A stretch of 25,255 bases of DNA from a virus. Its lineage: Duplodnaviria; Caudoviricetes. Where the stretch lies: positions 1-25,255 of IMG/VR virus record IMGVR_UViG_3300048599_000874. One strand, given 5' to 3'. Of the stretch, positions 23,404 through 25,255 are shown piece after piece (the stretch's first letter is position 1; each line of letters opens with the position of its first letter). A program made the translations under genes and the position numbers. Below the pieces are notes generated by a model. It worked only from the letters and a program-made list of their open reading frames with translations, did not search any database and was not told the DNA's origin.

Positions 23404-24822
23404 ATGAGAAATTTATTTTCCTGTTATATACGACCTACTGAAGAGGAATTTAAAAAATTATGGGAACAGGCAATTTTTGTCCCTGATACGAACGTACTGT
23501 TAGATTTATACAGGTATTCTGAAGAAACAGCTAACAAATTGTTAGATACTTTTGAACTACTAAGAGATAAAAATCAACTTTGGATTCCATACCAAGTTGG
23601 TTTGGAATTTTCAAAAGATAGACCCAAAGTAATTATCAGTCAAGAAAACGCTTTTTCGAGTATCAATTCAACTATAGACAAAATTAAGAACAAATCAATT
23701 TCCGAATTACGAAACGTTATGAGTTTTTCCAAACATCCAGAATTAGATAAACAGGAAATTGAAAAAAAATTTTTAGATATGTTCGAACAATTCAAAAAGA
23801 ATATAGATTCTTTGTCGTCTTCCCATAGAGATTACCTTTCGGATGATCCCATTTTAATTAGAGTTTTAAAAATATTTGATAATCAAGTAGGTCCTGCTTA
23901 TACACCTGAAAAAATCGAAGAAATCAAAAAGGAAGGAGAGGACAGATACAAAAAATTCATTCCCCCTGGATTTTCCGACTTAAAAAAGGCAAAGTCTTCC
24001 AACGATGATAATGGTTCTCAAGAAGCCATTGAAGGGGAAGAAAAAGTGAAAGAGAAAACAGATTCTAATAAGGGAGGAAATCCTTATGGGGATTTAATCA
24101 TTTGGTTTCAAATGATTGATTATGCTATTTCTCAAAAAAAACCCATAATTTTTATTAGTGGCGAAGTTAAAGAGGATTGGATATGGACTATAAATGGAAA
24201 AAAAATCATGCCAAGGCCAGAATTAATTCAAGAAATGAAAGACAAAGCAGGTGTTCAGTTTTATTCTTATCAAACTGATAATTTTTTGTTTTACTCAAAT
24301 TCTTATTTAGGATCTCAAATAAAAACTGAGACAATAAAAGAGGTGAAAGAAATAATTTCAAGCAGAAATCTAGACACAAAATCCGAATTAATGGTACTCA
24401 AATACTTCAGGGAGATTCAGAAAATGATTTCCTATAATCCAGATTTAGTATTTTCAATACCTAAAGAAGATTTGTTATCTCATTCTTATCATCTCTCAAA
24501 AAACCAGATGAATAAATTCATCAGTTATTTACAAAAAATCCTTTTAGGACGATATGAGTATGCCAATGAACTTTTGATAAAAGGAAATCAAGAGAAGGCT
24601 CTTATCTATTTTAAAAACATAGTTCAGACAACTATGTATTTTTTACAATTAACTGAAGACAATAAGGTCTTATGGTTTGACTTTAACCGTCTAAACAAAA
24701 TGGCAAAAATAAAAATTGAAGAAATTAACTCCAGTAATAACCAGGCTTTGTTGATTGATAATATAGACATCTCCAACCTTTACGGTAAGAACAAAAATGA
24801 AATCATGGGAGAAACCGATTAA
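23404..24822 (+). CDS. PIN-like domain nuclease (PIN_8/DUF4935-like) with helical C-terminal region; low-GC moron
   Basis: FVPDTNVLLDLYRYS, WIPYQVGLEF, IPPGFSD, YGDLIIW, IFISGEVKEDW; RBS AAGGAG before ATG 23404. Confidence 0.85.
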   Translation: MRNLFSCYIRPTEEEFKKLWEQAIFVPDTNVLLDLYRYSEETANKLLDTFELLRDKNQLWIPYQVGLEFSKDRPKVIISQENAFSSINSTIDKIKNKSISELRNVMSFSKHPELDKQEIEKKFLDMFEQFKKNIDSLSSSHRDYLSDDPILIRVLKIFDNQVGPAYTPEKIEEIKKEGEDRYKKFIPPGFSDLKKAKSSNDDNGSQEAIEGEEKVKEKTDSNKGGNPYGDLIIWFQMIDYAISQKKPIIFISGEVKEDWIWTINGKKIMPRPELIQEMKDKAGVQFYSYQTDNFLFYSNSYLGSQIKTETIKEVKEIISSRNLDTKSELMVLKYFREIQKMISYNPDLVFSIPKEDLLSHSYHLSKNQMNKFISYLQKILLGRYEYANELLIKGNQEKALIYFKNIVQTTMYFLQLTEDNKVLWFDFNRLNKMAKIKIEEINSSNNQALLIDNIDISNLYGKNKNEIMGETD

Positions 24823-24836
24823 TTTCCTAAAAAGTG

Positions 24837-24866
24837 TTGACTTTAGTATCTGATTTGTGCTAATAT
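24837..24866 (+). promoter_or_regulatory. Promoter of the xis-like gene
   Basis: TTGACT-N18-TAATAT with a TGn extension; TTTCC repeats around it. Confidence 0.55.
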
Positions 24867-24897
24867 TTCCGCAGTTTCCTTTCTTTCCGAGGTTTCA

Positions 24898-25095
24898 ATG
24901 AATCAAACATTATTCACTGTGGAACAAGTGGCACATAGATTAGGTGTATCCGATCGAACGATCCGAAACATGATTGATCGTGGATCTTTTCCACACGCTT
25001 ATCGGTTGGACCCTAATAGTAATCGTTCCCCTTTTCGCATTCCACAAGAAGATATTGAGAACATTGAAAAACTAAGGAAACGAGGAAATGAATGA
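24898..25095 (+). CDS. Excisionase-like HTH protein (HTH_17/AlpA-like)
   Basis: FTVEQVAHRLGVSDRTIRNMIDRGSFPHAYRL...FRIPQEDI. Confidence 0.88.
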   Translation: MNQTLFTVEQVAHRLGVSDRTIRNMIDRGSFPHAYRLDPNSNRSPFRIPQEDIENIEKLRKRGNE

Positions 25096-25255
25096 CTTAA
25101 ACCCATTTAGTAAACGGTCCTGGCGGAAAAAGATTTGGATGGATAATGAAAGAGATCGAAGGGAAGAACCAGTAACATTAGGGCAATTTTTCTTGTACGT
25201 AATTTTTATCGGCCTTATCGTTAAATTAATACTTTATTGGTTGGGGATTAAGTAA
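25088..25255 (+). CDS. 55-aa membrane protein (not in the ORF track)
   Basis: MNDLNPFSKRSWRKKIWMDNERDRREEPVTLGQFFLYVIFIGLIVKLILYWLGIK; RBS GAGGA; overlaps the xis stop; its stop is the last codon of the window. Confidence 0.65.
   Translation: MNDLNPFSKRSWRKKIWMDNERDRREEPVTLGQFFLYVIFIGLIVKLILYWLGIK

Larger units (their letters stand above)
1..25255. mobile_element. Compact temperate phage / satellite-like integrative element with plasmid-like partition and replication genes
   Basis: Integrase at the left edge and xis-like gene at the right edge; ParA, Rep, TerS/TerL, capsid, portal, holin, lysin and tail-tip-like genes between them; low-GC accessory genes. True boundaries (att) not visible. 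Confidence 0.85.

Noticed and set aside
1-25255. attL/attR or terminal repeats
   Set aside because: The window begins and ends exactly at stop codons; I saw no shared terminal sequence.

Overview
The window looks like one compact (~25 kb) temperate phage or phage-satellite-like integrative element. It runs from the stop codon of a tyrosine integrase (position 1) to an excisionase-like gene and a small membrane ORF ending at the last base. No att sites are visible. Left to right: integrase; ParA plus an RHH partner and a tandem-repeat centromere candidate; a replication initiator (wHTH, internal iteron-like palindromes, DnaA N-terminal-like domain); low-GC morons including an OLD-family ATPase/TOPRIM nuclease; a leftward trio (Dit-like, Tal/hub-like, head-tail adaptor-like); a rightward packaging/head/lysis operon in unusual order (TerS, XhlA-like, TerL, MuF-motif-protease-scaffold-capsid fusion, holin, lysin, portal); a leftward early operon (DprA/SLOG-like, SWIM, DUF3560-like, SSB-like) under a triple palindromic operator; a small HTH gene whose promoter carries the same operator; a highly structured non-coding region (DnaA-box hairpin, two tandem ~350-bp structured units, an attenuator-like leader); and a PIN-like nuclease. 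I could not recognise a tail tube, tape measure, sheath, cI/S24 repressor, helicase or relaxase gene. All product calls come from motif recognition by eye, not database searches. A Chloroflexota (Anaerolineae-like) host is only a tentative impression.
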